From an uncultured delta proteobacterium (GTDB taxonomy: Bacteria; Desulfobacterota; Binatia; Binatales; Binataceae), in the NCBI GenBank assembly GCA_963794325.1, contig CAWCDG010000002.1, forward strand, positions 384,001 through 448,000: a stretch of 64,000 nt of DNA, read 5' to 3'. The notes beneath the pieces are model-generated. The model saw only the letters and a list, made by a program, of their open reading frames with translations. It made no database searches and was not told the DNA's origin. A program made the position numbers and the translations under genes. Below, in pieces: positions 46,735 through 58,139 of this stretch. Numbering within the stretch: the stretch's first letter is position 1; every line of letters starts with the position of its first letter.

Positions 46735-48240
46735 ATGTTGCAGCCCACGGAAAAAGAATTCGAACGTCTCGCGGCTGACGGATTCAACCTCATCCCCGTT
46801 TTCGAGGAAGTCGCCGCCGACCTCGAGACTCCCGTCTCCGCCTTCCTGAAAATCGCGCGCGGCGACTACGCCTTCCTGCTCGAAAGCGTCCGCGGCGGCG
46901 AGAAATGGGGCCGCTACACCTTCCTCGGCAGTGATCCCTTCATGGTAATGCGCGCGCGCAAAAACCGCATGGATATCATCCGGCCCGGCCGCGGCGTCGA
47001 GGTACGCTCCGTCGCCAACTCCTTTGAGGAGTTGCGCGCCGAGGTCAAGCGCTTCCGCTCCCCCGAGCTGCCCAACCTGCCGCGCTTCTTCGGCGGCGCC
47101 GTCGGCTTTCTCGCGTATGACATCGTGCGATGCTTCGAAAAGATTCCCGAGACCGCCACCGACGATCTCGGTACGCCCGATTTCCACCTGATGTTCACCG
47201 ACACGGTGCTCTGCTTCGACAACGTCCGCCAGACCCTCAAAGTCATCGCCAACGTTCCAGTCGAGGAATTCGCTTCGACGAAGATGGCCTATCAGAGCGC
47301 GCGCATCAAAATCGACGAGGTCCTCGAGCGCCTCAAGCGTCCCGCCGTGCCGCCGTTTCTTGAAGGTGCGAGCAACGTCCCCATCAACGACGCCTCCATC
47401 ACCTCGAACGTGACGCGCGAGGGCTACATGGCGATGGTTTCCGCGGCGAAGGAATATATTGCGGCCGGCGACGTCATCCAGGTCGTCCCGTCGCAGCGCT
47501 TCGAGGCACCGCTCACCGCGCATCCGTTCAACATCTACCGCAGCCTGCGCACGATTAACCCCTCGCCCTACATGTTCTACTTGCGCCTCGGCGATCAAAC
47601 GCTGGTCGGCGCCTCGCCCGAAGTGATGGTCCGGGTCGAAGGCCGCGAGATAACGCTGCGGCCGATCGCCGGCACCCGCCGCCGCGGCGTCACCGAAGCC
47701 GAGGACCGCGAACTCGAAGCCGAGTTGCTCGCCGATCCCAAGGAACGCGCCGAGCACGTGATGCTGGTCGACCTCGGCCGCAACGACGTCGGCCGCGTCT
47801 CCGAAATCGGCTCGGTGAAAGTGACCGAGCTGATGGTCGTCGAGCGCTATTCGCACGTGATGCACATCGTGTCGAATGTCACCGGCGTGCTGCGCGAAGG
47901 ATGCGACGCGTTCGACGCTTTCGCGGCCACTTTTCCGCAAGGCACCGTCTCCGGCGCGCCGAAAATCCGCGCGATGGAAATCATCGACGAGCTCGAATCG
48001 GTGCGGCGCGGAGTGTACGCAGGCGCAGTCGGCTATTTCAGCTACACCGGCAACACCGACACGGCGATCGCGCTGCGCACGCTGCTGATCAAAGGCAATC
48101 GCGTCTATATCCAGGCGGGCGGCGGCGTCGTCGCCGACTCGGACCCCGGCGCCGAGTTCGAGGAATCGGTGAACAAGGCTCGCGCGATGGTGCGGGCGCT
48201 CCAGGCCGCGCGCGATTTCGAAACGGCGGCGAAGAGGTAA
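46735..48240 (+). CDS. trpE: Anthranilate synthase component I
   Basis: [51 protein letters not shown]. Confidence 0.97.
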   Translation: MLQPTEKEFERLAADGFNLIPVFEEVAADLETPVSAFLKIARGDYAFLLESVRGGEKWGRYTFLGSDPFMVMRARKNRMDIIRPGRGVEVRSVANSFEELRAEVKRFRSPELPNLPRFFGGAVGFLAYDIVRCFEKIPETATDDLGTPDFHLMFTDTVLCFDNVRQTLKVIANVPVEEFASTKMAYQSARIKIDEVLERLKRPAVPPFLEGASNVPINDASITSNVTREGYMAMVSAAKEYIAAGDVIQVVPSQRFEAPLTAHPFNIYRSLRTINPSPYMFYLRLGDQTLVGASPEVMVRVEGREITLRPIAGTRRRGVTEAEDRELEAELLADPKERAEHVMLVDLGRNDVGRVSEIGSVKVTELMVVERYSHVMHIVSNVTGVLREGCDAFDAFAATFPQGTVSGAPKIRAMEIIDELESVRRGVYAGAVGYFSYTGNTDTAIALRTLLIKGNRVYIQAGGGVVADSDPGAEFEESVNKARAMVRALQAARDFETAAKR

Positions 48241-48245
48241 GTCGC

Positions 48246-48860
48246 ATGGCAGGAAATAAAAACATTCACGTGCTGATGATCGATAACTACGACTCGTTTA
48301 CCTACAACATCGTGCAGTATCTCGGCGAGCTCGGCGCTGAGGTCACAGTCAAGCGCAACGACGCCATCGACGTCGCCGGCGTCCGCGCGCTTCATCCCAA
48401 CGCGGTCGTCATCTCGCCGGGTCCTTGCACTCCCACCGAGGCCGGAATCTCGCTGACGCTTTTGCGCGAGATGGCCGGCGAAGTTCCGATACTCGGCGTG
48501 TGCCTCGGCCTGCAATGTATCGGCGAGGCGTTCGGCGGCAAGGTGGTGCGCGCGGATCGCCTGATGCACGGCAAGACCTCGCCGATAATCCACGACGGCA
48601 AAACAATCTTCGCGAACATCCCAAGTCCGTTCGACGCGATGCGCTATCATTCGCTGCTGGTCGACGCCGCGTCGATTCCGCCGACGCTGCACGTCAGCGC
48701 CCGCACAGCGGAAAACGAAATCATGGGCCTTCGCCACAAGCAGCACGCGGTCGAAGGCGTGCAGTTTCATCCCGAGTCGATTCTGACCTTCGAGGGCAAG
48801 CATCTGCTGCAAAACTTTCTCGACGGCCTCAACAAAAACAAAAACGGAATCGCACGATGA
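48246..48860 (+). CDS. trpG: Anthranilate synthase component II
   Basis: [32 protein letters not shown]. Confidence 0.95.
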   Translation: MAGNKNIHVLMIDNYDSFTYNIVQYLGELGAEVTVKRNDAIDVAGVRALHPNAVVISPGPCTPTEAGISLTLLREMAGEVPILGVCLGLQCIGEAFGGKVVRADRLMHGKTSPIIHDGKTIFANIPSPFDAMRYHSLLVDAASIPPTLHVSARTAENEIMGLRHKQHAVEGVQFHPESILTFEGKHLLQNFLDGLNKNKNGIAR

Positions 48861-49879
48861 ACGAACTGCACGACGCACTGCAAGCGCTCATCGACGGTCG
48901 CTCGCTCACCGACGCTGAGTCCGAACGCGCGATCGGCGAGATTATGGACGGAGGCGAGCCCGACGCAGTCGTCGGTGCATTCCTGGTCGCGTTGAAAATC
49001 AAAGGCGCCGAGGCCGACGAGCTGGCAGGTGCGGTGCGCGCGATGCTGAAGCGGGCGCGTCCGCTCAATCTTCGCGACGGCAACGTGCTCGACACCTGCG
49101 GCACCGGGGGCGACGGCGCCAGCACCTTCAACATCTCGACTGGCGCCGCGTTGATCGCGGCGGCGGCGGGCGTGCCGGTCGCCAAGCACGGCAACCGCGC
49201 GATCAGCGGCACCGTCGGCACGGCCGACGTGCTCGAAGCGATGGGCGTGAAGATCGATTGCGATCCCGACGGGCTGAAGCGATGCCTCGACGAAGCGGGA
49301 TGCTGTCACATCTTCGCGCAGTCGTATCATCCCGCGTTCAAGAAAATTGCGCCGCTGAGACGCGAGCTCCGAATCCGCACCATCTTCAATCTGATGGGGT
49401 CGCTCGGCAACCCGGCGCGTCCTCGCTTTCATTTGTTGGGCGTCGCCGAAGAGAATCTGATCCGGCCGATGGCGAACGCGCTGAAGGCACTTGGCACGCG
49501 GCGCGCGATGGTCGTTCACGGCGGCGACGGAATCGACGAAATCGCGATCAGCGGCCCGACGAAAATTGTGGAACTCCGCGACGGCGATCTGACGGAATAC
49601 GAAATCACACCGGAGAGCCTCGGCGTCTCGCGCGGCGACCATCGCGCGCTGGTGATCAAGAATATAGATGATGCGGTGCGGGTTCTGCGCGGCGCGCTTG
49701 ATGGCGGCGCGGGGCCGGCGCAAGATGTCCTCGCGCTCAACGGCGGCGCCGCAATCTACCTCGGTGGCAAGGCCGCGTCGATAAAAGAAGGTGTCGATGC
49801 GGCGCGCGAAATTATCGCCACGCGCCGCGGACTGGAAGTCCTTGAAAAGCTGCGCCGCGCCAGCAACGGAATACAATGA
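48857..49879 (+). CDS. trpD: Anthranilate phosphoribosyltransferase
   Basis: [30 protein letters not shown]. Confidence 0.96.
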   Translation: MNELHDALQALIDGRSLTDAESERAIGEIMDGGEPDAVVGAFLVALKIKGAEADELAGAVRAMLKRARPLNLRDGNVLDTCGTGGDGASTFNISTGAALIAAAAGVPVAKHGNRAISGTVGTADVLEAMGVKIDCDPDGLKRCLDEAGCCHIFAQSYHPAFKKIAPLRRELRIRTIFNLMGSLGNPARPRFHLLGVAEENLIRPMANALKALGTRRAMVVHGGDGIDEIAISGPTKIVELRDGDLTEYEITPESLGVSRGDHRALVIKNIDDAVRVLRGALDGGAGPAQDVLALNGGAAIYLGGKAASIKEGVDAAREIIATRRGLEVLEKLRRASNGIQ

Positions 49880-50655
49880 GCTCGATCCTCGACAATATTT
49901 ATGCGGCCAAACGCGTCGAAGTGCGCGCTCGACGCGCGATCGTTTCGCCGATGGCGATCGTCGCCGAGGCGAATCGCGCACCCAGGCCGCGCGATTTCGT
50001 CGCGGCACTTCGCGCACATCGTCCCGCGATTATCGCGGAGATAAAGCGCGCGTCTCCGAGCAAGGGCGATATCATGCCGGGGCTCGATCCAGCCAACGTC
50101 GCGCGCGAATATGTCGCCGGCGGAGCCGCAGCGATCTCGGTTCTCACCGACGTCCATTTCAAAGGCACGCTCGACGATCTGCGAGCCGTCCGCGCCGCCG
50201 TGGACGCTCCGCTGTTGCGCAAGGACTTCATCTTCGAGCCATACCAGGTGTACGAAGCGCGGGCCGCCGGCGCGGACTGCATTTTGCTGATCGCCGCGAT
50301 GCTGAAAGAGGGCGAGCTGCGTTCGCTGGCGGCGCTTGCACGCGAACTTGGAATGGCGACGCTGGTCGAATCGCACAATCTCGAAGAGTTCGCACTGGCC
50401 GGGAAAATCGGCGCGGGCCTGATCGGCATCAACAACCGCGACCTGCATACTTTCGTGACCGATATCGCTGTGACCGAACGTCTGCTTGCCGGCTTCAAGG
50501 GCGACGCGCTGATTGTCACGGAAAGTGGAATCGATTCGCCCGACGATATTCGGCGTCTCGACGCTGCTGGCGCTCGCGCGTTTTTGGTCGGCGAAAGTTT
50601 GCTGAAAGCGGGCAAGCCGGGCACGAAACTCGACGAGCTGATGCGAGCGCTATGA
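49876..50655 (+). CDS. trpC: Indole-3-glycerol phosphate synthase
   Basis: IAEIKRASPSKG, LRKDFI, GINNRDL, ESGI. Confidence 0.96.
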   Translation: MSSILDNIYAAKRVEVRARRAIVSPMAIVAEANRAPRPRDFVAALRAHRPAIIAEIKRASPSKGDIMPGLDPANVAREYVAGGAAAISVLTDVHFKGTLDDLRAVRAAVDAPLLRKDFIFEPYQVYEARAAGADCILLIAAMLKEGELRSLAALARELGMATLVESHNLEEFALAGKIGAGLIGINNRDLHTFVTDIAVTERLLAGFKGDALIVTESGIDSPDDIRRLDAAGARAFLVGESLLKAGKPGTKLDELMRAL

Positions 50656-51260
50656 CAGTACGAGTCAAAATCTGCGGCATCACTCGCGTCGAGGACGCGC
50701 GCGCAGCGATCGATGCGGGTGCCGATATGATTGGTCTGAACTTCTACGCGAAGAGTCCACGCTACATCGAGATCGATCGTGCCCGCGAGATTCGCGAGGC
50801 GATTGGCGCGCACGCATCCGTAGTCGGAGTCTTCGTCAACGCGAGTCGCAGCTATATAGATGAAAGACTGCGTGCTGTGTCGCTCAATATGATCCAGTTC
50901 TCCGGCGACGAGGATGACGCGGCGCTTCCGGGTTTGCCAGTTCCGTCGATTGTTACTCGCCGGTTCAGGCAAGGCGACGAATCGAGCATCGCGCCGCATC
51001 GCGCGGACTATGTGCTGTTCGACGCCTTCAATGAAGAGCTGTTGGGCGGCACCGGCAGCCGCATCCAGCTGGACCTGCTTCGCCGGCTCGACTTGAGCCA
51101 CGCGTTTGTCGCCGGCGGATTGAATCCCGACAACGTTGCGGAAGTCGCGGCGCTCGAACCTTACGCAGTCGATTGCGCCAGCGGTGTCGAATCGTCGCCG
51201 GGTGTAAAGGACCACGATAAACTGAGGAGCTTCGTCAATAATGCAAAACGTTCCCGATAG
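50652..51260 (+). CDS. trpF: Phosphoribosylanthranilate isomerase
   Basis: [28 protein letters not shown]. Confidence 0.95.
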   Translation: MTVRVKICGITRVEDARAAIDAGADMIGLNFYAKSPRYIEIDRAREIREAIGAHASVVGVFVNASRSYIDERLRAVSLNMIQFSGDEDDAALPGLPVPSIVTRRFRQGDESSIAPHRADYVLFDAFNEELLGGTGSRIQLDLLRRLDLSHAFVAGGLNPDNVAEVAALEPYAVDCASGVESSPGVKDHDKLRSFVNNAKRSR

Positions 51261-52434
51261 CCGCGGCCACTTCGGCCAGTTCGGCGGAAAGTACGTCGCG
51301 GAAACCTTGATGCCCGCGCTGTTCGAGCTAGAGCGCGCATACAAGGAGGCGCGTCGCGATCCGAAATTTCGCGAGGAACTCGAAACTCGCTCGCGCGAGT
51401 TCGTCGGACGACCGACGCCGCTGTACTTGTGCGAGAATCTCACATCGAAACTCGGCGGCGCGAAAATTTATCTGAAGCGCGAGGATCTCTGCCACACCGG
51501 CGCGCACAAAGTGAACAACACGCTCGGCCAAGCTCTGCTCGCGGTGCGGATGAACAAGGCGCGCATCACGGCCGAGACCGGTGCGGGACAGCATGGCGTT
51601 GCGACCGCGACGATGGCTGCGCTGTTTCGCCGCGAATGCGAGGTCTTCATGGGTTCGGTGGACGTCGAGCGCCAATCGCTCAACGTCTTTCGGATGAAGC
51701 TGCTCGGCGCGAAGGTCACTCCGGTCGAGAGCGGCAGCAAGAGCCTGAAGGACGCGATGAACGAGGCGCTGCGCGACTGGATCGCGACCGTGCGCAATAC
51801 TTACTACCTGATTGGCACCACGGCGGGGCCGCATCCGTACCCGATGATCGTGCGCGACTTCCAGGCGGTCATCGGGCGCGAGGCGCGCCGCCAGATTCTC
51901 AAGCACGAGGGCCGTCTGCCCGACGTGCTGGTCGCATGCGTCAACGGCGGCTCGAACGCGATCGGACTTTTCTATCCGTTCATCAAAGACACCGGCGTGA
52001 AGATGGTTGGCGTCGAGGCCGCCGGTCTCGGCATCAGCGGCCCGCATCATGCCGCCACGATCACGACCGGCAGTGTCGGCGTTCTGCACGGCAACAAGAC
52101 CTACCTGCTGCAGGATGAGCTCGGGCAGATTCGTGAGACTCATTCGATTGCGGCGGGCCTCGATTATCCAGGCGTCGGCCCCGAGCATTCGTGGCTGAAT
52201 GACGTGGGCCGCGCCGAGTATACGTCAGTTACCGACGCCGAAGCGCTCGACGCTTTGAAGATGCTGTCCGAGACCGAGGGGATCATTCCGGCGCTCGAGA
52301 GTTCTCATGCGGTGGCGCATGCAATCAAGCTGGCGCCGCAGATGTCGAAGGAACAAATCATGATCGTGAATCTGTCGGGACGCGGCGACAAGGATATGCA
52401 GACGGTCGCCAAGGCGCTCGGGGTGACGGTGTAA
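51241..52434 (+). CDS. trpB: Tryptophan synthase beta chain
   Basis: [39 protein letters not shown]. Confidence 0.98.
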   Translation: MQNVPDSRGHFGQFGGKYVAETLMPALFELERAYKEARRDPKFREELETRSREFVGRPTPLYLCENLTSKLGGAKIYLKREDLCHTGAHKVNNTLGQALLAVRMNKARITAETGAGQHGVATATMAALFRRECEVFMGSVDVERQSLNVFRMKLLGAKVTPVESGSKSLKDAMNEALRDWIATVRNTYYLIGTTAGPHPYPMIVRDFQAVIGREARRQILKHEGRLPDVLVACVNGGSNAIGLFYPFIKDTGVKMVGVEAAGLGISGPHHAATITTGSVGVLHGNKTYLLQDELGQIRETHSIAAGLDYPGVGPEHSWLNDVGRAEYTSVTDAEALDALKMLSETEGIIPALESSHAVAHAIKLAPQMSKEQIMIVNLSGRGDKDMQTVAKALGVTV

Positions 52435-52436
52435 AC

Positions 52437-53279
52437 ATGGCAGCGGCGCATAGAATCAAACGCAAATTTCGCGAGCTGCGCGCGCGCAACGAGGCGGCGC
52501 TGATCCCGTACATCGTGGCCGGCGATCCCGATATGGATACGACGCGGAAGCTGGTGCTCGAACTCGAAGCGCGCGGCGCCGACCTGATAGAGCTGGGCGT
52601 GCCGTTCTCCGATCCGATGGCCGACGGGCCCGCCAATCAGCGTGCGTCGGCGCGCGGACTGGGCGCGGGCGCGTCTTTGGCTGCGATTCTCTCGATGGTG
52701 AGCGAGCTGCGCGCGGATACGCAGATCCCGCTGATCCTGTTCGGATACTACAACCCGATTTTTCACTACGGATGCGAGCGGCTCTGCGCCGACGCCGCGC
52801 GCGCGGGTGTCGACGCACTACTGGTGGTCGATTTGCCGCCCGAAGAATCTGGCGAGCTCAAGAAACCGGCGCGTGCCAACGGCCTTGACCTTATCTACCT
52901 GCTCGCGCCGACGACGCCGATAGATCGGAGCCGCGCGATCGCGCGCTCGGCCAGCGGTTTTCTCTACTATGTGTCGGTGACGGGCGTGACCGGCGCGCGC
53001 GCGCATCTCGACACGGGCATCGCCGAGCACATGCGCGAGATTCGCAGCGTGACCGATTTGCCGATTGGCGTCGGCTTCGGAATCTCGACGCCCGAGCAGG
53101 CCGCCGAGGTCGCGACGATGGCGGACGCGGTGGTGGTCGGCAGTGCGATTTCGCTTTTGATCGAGGCCCACGTAAAGTCGGGCGACGTGCCGGAGGCAGT
53201 AGGCGGCCTTATTGATGCAATGAAAAGCGCCATGAAGTCGGCGCGCATTGCGCCCACGGTGGAGAGTTCAAATGGCTGA
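52437..53279 (+). CDS. trpA: Tryptophan synthase alpha chain
   Basis: ELGVPFSDPMADGP, YYNP, GVTGAR, VGFGIS. Confidence 0.97.
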   Translation: MAAAHRIKRKFRELRARNEAALIPYIVAGDPDMDTTRKLVLELEARGADLIELGVPFSDPMADGPANQRASARGLGAGASLAAILSMVSELRADTQIPLILFGYYNPIFHYGCERLCADAARAGVDALLVVDLPPEESGELKKPARANGLDLIYLLAPTTPIDRSRAIARSASGFLYYVSVTGVTGARAHLDTGIAEHMREIRSVTDLPIGVGFGISTPEQAAEVATMADAVVVGSAISLLIEAHVKSGDVPEAVGGLIDAMKSAMKSARIAPTVESSNG

Positions 53280-54144
53280 GCGCGAACCGACGCCGATTGC
53301 GACGCAGGCAGTTTCGGACGACATCTGGTCGAAGTGCCCGTCGTGCAAGGAGATGGCGTTCCGCAAGGAAGTGGAGCGCAATCTGAACGTATGCCCCAAG
53401 TGCGGCTATCATTTCCGCGTCACGGTGCCGCAGCGGCTTTCGATCAGCGTCGATCGCGGTACCTGGCGCGAGCTGATGGCCGAGATGGCGATTGGCGATC
53501 CGCTCGGCTTCGTCGATTCGCGCCCCTATCCGAAGCGGATGGAACAGGCGCGCGCGAACAGCGGCCGCAACGACGCGGTGGTGGTGGGAATCGGCAAGAT
53601 CGAGAATCGGCCGGTCGCGATCGGCGTGATGGATTTCGAGTTCATGGGCGGCAGCATGGGTGTGGTGGTCGGCGAGAAGATCGCGCGGCTGTTCGACCTC
53701 GCGGGCGAACGCAAACTCCCGGTGATCATCTTCGTCGCATCGGGTGGCGCGCGGATGCAGGAAGGCGCGCTCTCGTTGATGCAGATGGCGAAAGTCTCAT
53801 CCGCCATCGCCCGATATCGCGACGCGCGCCTGCCGTACATTTCGGTACTCTGCGATCCGACTACCGGCGGCGTGGCCGCGTCGTTTGCGATGCTTGGTGA
53901 TTTGAATCTCTCCGAGCCGGGAGCCTTGATCGGTTTTGCTGGCCGTCGGGTGACGGCGCAAACCAGCGGTCAGGAGCTGCCGGAAAATTTTCAGCGCGCC
54001 GAATTTTTACTCGCGCACGGCATGCTCGACGCAATCGTCCCGCGTCACCAGATGCGCTTCACGCTGGCACGAATCCTCACGATGCTAACGAAGCCGCGAG
54101 GCAACCGCGGCGCAGGGAAGGGCGCGTCGAAGGGTAAGCGCTGA
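53272..54144 (+). CDS. accD: Acetyl-CoA carboxylase carboxyltransferase beta
   Basis: W.KCP.C..CPKC zinc finger, FMGGSMG, SGGARMQEG, PTTGGV.ASFA. Confidence 0.97.
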   Translation: MAEREPTPIATQAVSDDIWSKCPSCKEMAFRKEVERNLNVCPKCGYHFRVTVPQRLSISVDRGTWRELMAEMAIGDPLGFVDSRPYPKRMEQARANSGRNDAVVVGIGKIENRPVAIGVMDFEFMGGSMGVVVGEKIARLFDLAGERKLPVIIFVASGGARMQEGALSLMQMAKVSSAIARYRDARLPYISVLCDPTTGGVAASFAMLGDLNLSEPGALIGFAGRRVTAQTSGQELPENFQRAEFLLAHGMLDAIVPRHQMRFTLARILTMLTKPRGNRGAGKGASKGKR

Positions 54145-54201
54145 CCTGCACGGGGGGAATCTTCCGCCTTCCATCGTGAGCCGCTAAACTTCGGGCTGAC
54201 C

Positions 54202-55512
54202 ATGGACCAGCTCTCCAAAACTATCGACTGGCTCTATTCGCTCGAGGCGCGCGGCGAGATTTACAAGCTCGAGCGGATGGAGGCTGCTCTCGACCTCATC
54301 GGCAATCCGCATCGGCGAATTCGCGCCGTGCATATCGCGGGCACCAAGGGTAAGGGTTCTGTCGCCGCGATGCTCGACAGTTGCCTGCGCCAGGCTGGCT
54401 ACCGCACAGGACTCTATACGAAGCCGCATCTTGTGAACCTCGCGGAGCGGACGCGAATCTCAGGTGCCGAAATTCCCGCGGGGCTGATGCTCGACTATAT
54501 CGAGCGGCTGCGCGCGATCTACGACCGCGCGGCCATGGCGCTCACGTTCTTCGAGTTCACCGTCGCGATGATGTTCCTCTACTTCGCTAAGGAGAACGTC
54601 GATATCGCGATCGTCGAGACAGGACTTGGCGGGCGGCTCGATTCCACCAACGTCGTGACGCCGATATTGAGCGTGATCACGCCGATCGGTTTCGATCACA
54701 TGGAATATCTCGGCTACACGATCGCGGCGATTGCGGGCGAGAAGGGTGGCATCATCAAGAACGACATTCCGGTGGTGATTGGCGCGCGCGATGCCGAGGC
54801 GCGGCTGACGCTAACCTCTATCGCAGGCCAGCGTGGAAGTGCGGTGCGACTGATCGATCGCGATTTTTCTTACAAGTCGCACGCGCCGGCGCATCGATTG
54901 GACTACCACGGCCTCGGCCTGGAATTGCGCGATCTCGAGATTGGATTGGCGGGGCCGTTTCAACATGAGAACGCCGCGATTGCGGTTGCCACCCTCGAAG
55001 CCTTACGCTCGCAGGGCTGGCAAATTGACGAGAACGCAATCCGGACGGGTCTTCGGGACATCTACTGGCCGGGACGTTTCGACGTCGTATCGCAGCGGCC
55101 GCTCGTGATTCTCGACTGCGCGCATAACGAGATGAGTATCGCGGCGCTGCTCGAGACGATGACCGTCGAGCTTGGCCCGGATGTGAAACCGCGGCTGATA
55201 TTCGGATGCCAATCGGCGAAGGAATGGCCGCGGATGGCTGCGATGCTCGCGCCGCGCGTGCGCGATGTCACCCTGACGCGGGCCAAACCGAAGCTGCCGC
55301 TCGAGCCGGAGGAACTCGTCGCGCATTTCGCGGGGCATTGTCCGGCGCGCGTCGAGCGCGACCCAATGCGAGCGATCGAGCGCGTGATTTCAGAATTGGG
55401 GCCCGATGACGTGGCACTCGTTACGGGATCAGTGTATCTTATCGGCGAAGTTTACCCGTATTTTTTGACCCGCGAGGGGCGGAGTGGGTTGTTTACTGAA
55501 GCCGGCGCTTAA
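54202..55512 (+). CDS. folC: Folylpolyglutamate/dihydrofolate synthase
   Basis: HIAGTKGKGS, ETGLGGRLDSTN, WPGRF, LDCAHN, TGSVYLIG. Confidence 0.96.
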   Translation: MDQLSKTIDWLYSLEARGEIYKLERMEAALDLIGNPHRRIRAVHIAGTKGKGSVAAMLDSCLRQAGYRTGLYTKPHLVNLAERTRISGAEIPAGLMLDYIERLRAIYDRAAMALTFFEFTVAMMFLYFAKENVDIAIVETGLGGRLDSTNVVTPILSVITPIGFDHMEYLGYTIAAIAGEKGGIIKNDIPVVIGARDAEARLTLTSIAGQRGSAVRLIDRDFSYKSHAPAHRLDYHGLGLELRDLEIGLAGPFQHENAAIAVATLEALRSQGWQIDENAIRTGLRDIYWPGRFDVVSQRPLVILDCAHNEMSIAALLETMTVELGPDVKPRLIFGCQSAKEWPRMAAMLAPRVRDVTLTRAKPKLPLEPEELVAHFAGHCPARVERDPMRAIERVISELGPDDVALVTGSVYLIGEVYPYFLTREGRSGLFTEAGA

Positions 55513-58096
55513 AAGAATCGCGATTGCGATGTTGTGGCTGTTGGCAGCAACGCTGGCACCGGCTATCGCGAGAGCAGATACGCCAGCCACAGGCCCCGCC
55601 AAATCGAACTCTAAGAAATCTGGAATTCCCTCCCCGGTGCGCGCCGCGCATGAAGAGCCGGTCAACGTCACCGGCCAGGAAACCATCTACGATTCGAAGA
55701 CCGATACCTTCGTCGTGAAGGGCGACGCCGTCATGACCCAGGGCGGCAGCGTGCTCAAGGCCGACGAGATCGATATCATGCGGCGCGACCGCAAGGCGCG
55801 CGCGATCGGCAATGTCCATTTGATCGATCCCGAAGTCGAGATGTGGGCGACTGATGGCACCATCGACATCACCAATGAGACGATGGTGCTGAACAACGCC
55901 AAGATATTGGCGAAACAAAACATTTATCATCTCGAAGGCAAGCAGATCATAAAGCAGGAGGGCCAGACCTACGAGGTAAAGAACGGATTCTTTACCACCT
56001 GCGGATGCGAGAAGGGCACGCCGTCATGGTCGATAAATGCCCAGCATATGGTGGTGAACATGGGGCAGACTGGGACCGCCACCAATGCGACCTTCAACGT
56101 AGCCGGCTATCCGGTGATTCCGACGCCGTATCTGATTTTTCCGGCCGACACTGATCGGCACAGCGGCTTGCTGAGCGGACGCGAGGGTCAATCTGGATTG
56201 CGCGGCTTCCAGTGGCTGCAGCCCTACTATATCGCCATCAACAAGAGTTCGGACGCGACCGTTGCGTTTGATGTCGAGACCTCGCAGCGGGTTGGCGGGC
56301 TGGCCGAGTATCGGTTGGTCAACGGCAAGGACGATTACCTGTGGGCGGACGGCGCATTCTACAACGAATCGCTCCGTTCGGCTGCGAATCGTCAGAACGA
56401 CATCGTCGATGGGCAAATCGCCGATCCGCATATCCCGATCGATCGCTACGGAATTATCGCGATGACGCGGCAACATATTACGGACGATCTGATCGCATAC
56501 GGCGACACGATTTCCGTGAGCGACAGCCTGTACTTGCGCGAGATGGATGTGTGGACGTTGTCGCGCGGCTTCACCTTCGGCCAGGGCGCGACCAACTTCG
56601 GCTCGACGACCAACGCGCCGTCGGATTTCGGATTGCTCTATCAGTTCAACAACGCGTACGCGCGGATGCAGGGCACCTGGAATCAGGATCTGATTCAGCC
56701 GCAGCAGTTCGCCCTGCAGCGGCTGCCTGATGCGACGGTGTCGGGCCGCCAGGAATTGTTCAACAACCTGATGTTCGCGGATTACGACGCTGAGGCGGTC
56801 GACTTCTACCGCTATCAGGGTATCGATGGCGGGCGCTTCTCTGCGAATCCCCGGGTCACGCTGCCATGGCGTTTGGGTGACTACCTCAATGGTTACGGGA
56901 CGGTCGGTGCGCAAGCCGTCGGGTACGATACGACCGGCCGCAACATCAAGATCTTTCCCGTCGGAACGACACCCGCCCAAGTCGCTGCCAACTCGACCTG
57001 TCCCAGCGGCGGCGGCGTTCAGCTCTCCTTCAACAATTGTGCAACGTTAAGCCCGTTCAGCAACGGCGGAACAACCGCGCGGCTCATCCCATACGCAAAA
57101 ACCGGAATTTCAACCGTCCTCGATCGCGTTTACGATTTCCAATGGAAATCGATCGAGAAGCTCAAAAACACCATCGAGCCGTTTGCCAACTATGCGTACG
57201 TGCCGCGCATCTACCAGGGCAATCTGCCGCTGTTCGATCAGACCGATCGCATGAATGCGCGCAGTCTCATCACTTACGGATTCACGACGCGGTTGTTCGC
57301 AAAGGTCAGGGAAGAGGCTCCGGAGCAGACGACTACTGACGCGACCCCGACCCAAGCTATAACGGGTACCGGCGGTTCCAACGTCGGGCCGTTCCATGAA
57401 GATGCGCTCTCGACTTCATTGGCGCCACACGGCGGGAGCATCGTCCGCGACGGCGAGCATTCCCAGGAACTCGGCTCGTTGACGATACAGCAGGCGTACG
57501 ACGTATCGAACGAGGTGACGGTTGACGGATCGAAGATCTCAGACATCGAGGGGCTGCTTAACGTTTACGCGACCCAGATTGCAACGCTGTCTTCGCAGCT
57601 CGATTACAATCCACGCTCCCATTCAGGGATAACCTTTGCCAACGCGGCCCTGGCTATTCAGCCGCCGTGGGGCGACAAGGGAGCGCCGATTTACCTCGGC
57701 AAAGCGCTGCAAGGCTCGTTCATCGAGTTCGCATACAACTACGCCAGCCGGACGGCGACGGTCTTTCCCGCGACCAGCAAGAACGCTGCGCAGTTCGTTT
57801 CGGGACGCGCGTACACCGACGTATTCGATCGCCTCGGCGTTTACATTGCCCCCAGCTACGATCTCGCGGACAACCGGAACCTGTCGACCGAATACGGCGT
57901 ACGATTGAAATCTCCATGCGATTGTTGGGCGGCCGATCTTGGAATTATCGATTCGACCAATCCCAACGAAGTACAGATCCAGTTCCAGCTGACCCTCGGC
58001 GGCCTGGGCTCAGTCGGACGCAGTCCGTTCGGACGCAACCCGTTCCAGACGCGCGGCCTGGTCGGCTCCCCAACCGGAGTCCTGCCGAATTACTAA
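55484..58096 (+). CDS. lptD: LPS assembly protein LptD
   Basis: Signal peptide, OstA-like N-domain, FTTC..PSW, RHSGLL, long beta-barrel, DCW near the C-terminus. Start uncertain. Confidence 0.85.
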   Translation: MGCLLKPALKRIAIAMLWLLAATLAPAIARADTPATGPAKSNSKKSGIPSPVRAAHEEPVNVTGQETIYDSKTDTFVVKGDAVMTQGGSVLKADEIDIMRRDRKARAIGNVHLIDPEVEMWATDGTIDITNETMVLNNAKILAKQNIYHLEGKQIIKQEGQTYEVKNGFFTTCGCEKGTPSWSINAQHMVVNMGQTGTATNATFNVAGYPVIPTPYLIFPADTDRHSGLLSGREGQSGLRGFQWLQPYYIAINKSSDATVAFDVETSQRVGGLAEYRLVNGKDDYLWADGAFYNESLRSAANRQNDIVDGQIADPHIPIDRYGIIAMTRQHITDDLIAYGDTISVSDSLYLREMDVWTLSRGFTFGQGATNFGSTTNAPSDFGLLYQFNNAYARMQGTWNQDLIQPQQFALQRLPDATVSGRQELFNNLMFADYDAEAVDFYRYQGIDGGRFSANPRVTLPWRLGDYLNGYGTVGAQAVGYDTTGRNIKIFPVGTTPAQVAANSTCPSGGGVQLSFNNCATLSPFSNGGTTARLIPYAKTGISTVLDRVYDFQWKSIEKLKNTIEPFANYAYVPRIYQGNLPLFDQTDRMNARSLITYGFTTRLFAKVREEAPEQTTTDATPTQAITGTGGSNVGPFHEDALSTSLAPHGGSIVRDGEHSQELGSLTIQQAYDVSNEVTVDGSKISDIEGLLNVYATQIATLSSQLDYNPRSHSGITFANAALAIQPPWGDKGAPIYLGKALQGSFIEFAYNYASRTATVFPATSKNAAQFVSGRAYTDVFDRLGVYIAPSYDLADNRNLSTEYGVRLKSPCDCWAADLGIIDSTNPNEVQIQFQLTLGGLGSVGRSPFGRNPFQTRGLVGSPTGVLPNY

Positions 58097-58100
58097 GTTC

Positions 58101-58125
58101 AGTGGGGCGGGCCGCCGTGCCCGCC
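58101..58125 (+). repeat. REP-like 25-mer, copy 1
   Basis: AGTGGGGCGGGCCGCCGTGCCCGCC, identical to 59116-59140. Confidence 0.8.
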
Positions 58126-58139
58126 CGCTCCTTGGCCTG

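Noticed and set aside
43753-47940. Long antisense ORFs opposite argS and trpE (and similar ones elsewhere)
   Set aside because: Shadow ORFs expected from high-GC codon bias; no recognisable motifs.
47901-51260. Long N-terminal extensions on trpG, trpD and trpF in the ORF track
   Set aside because: Open frames overlapping upstream genes; coupled starts at 48246, 48857 and 50652 fit the families.
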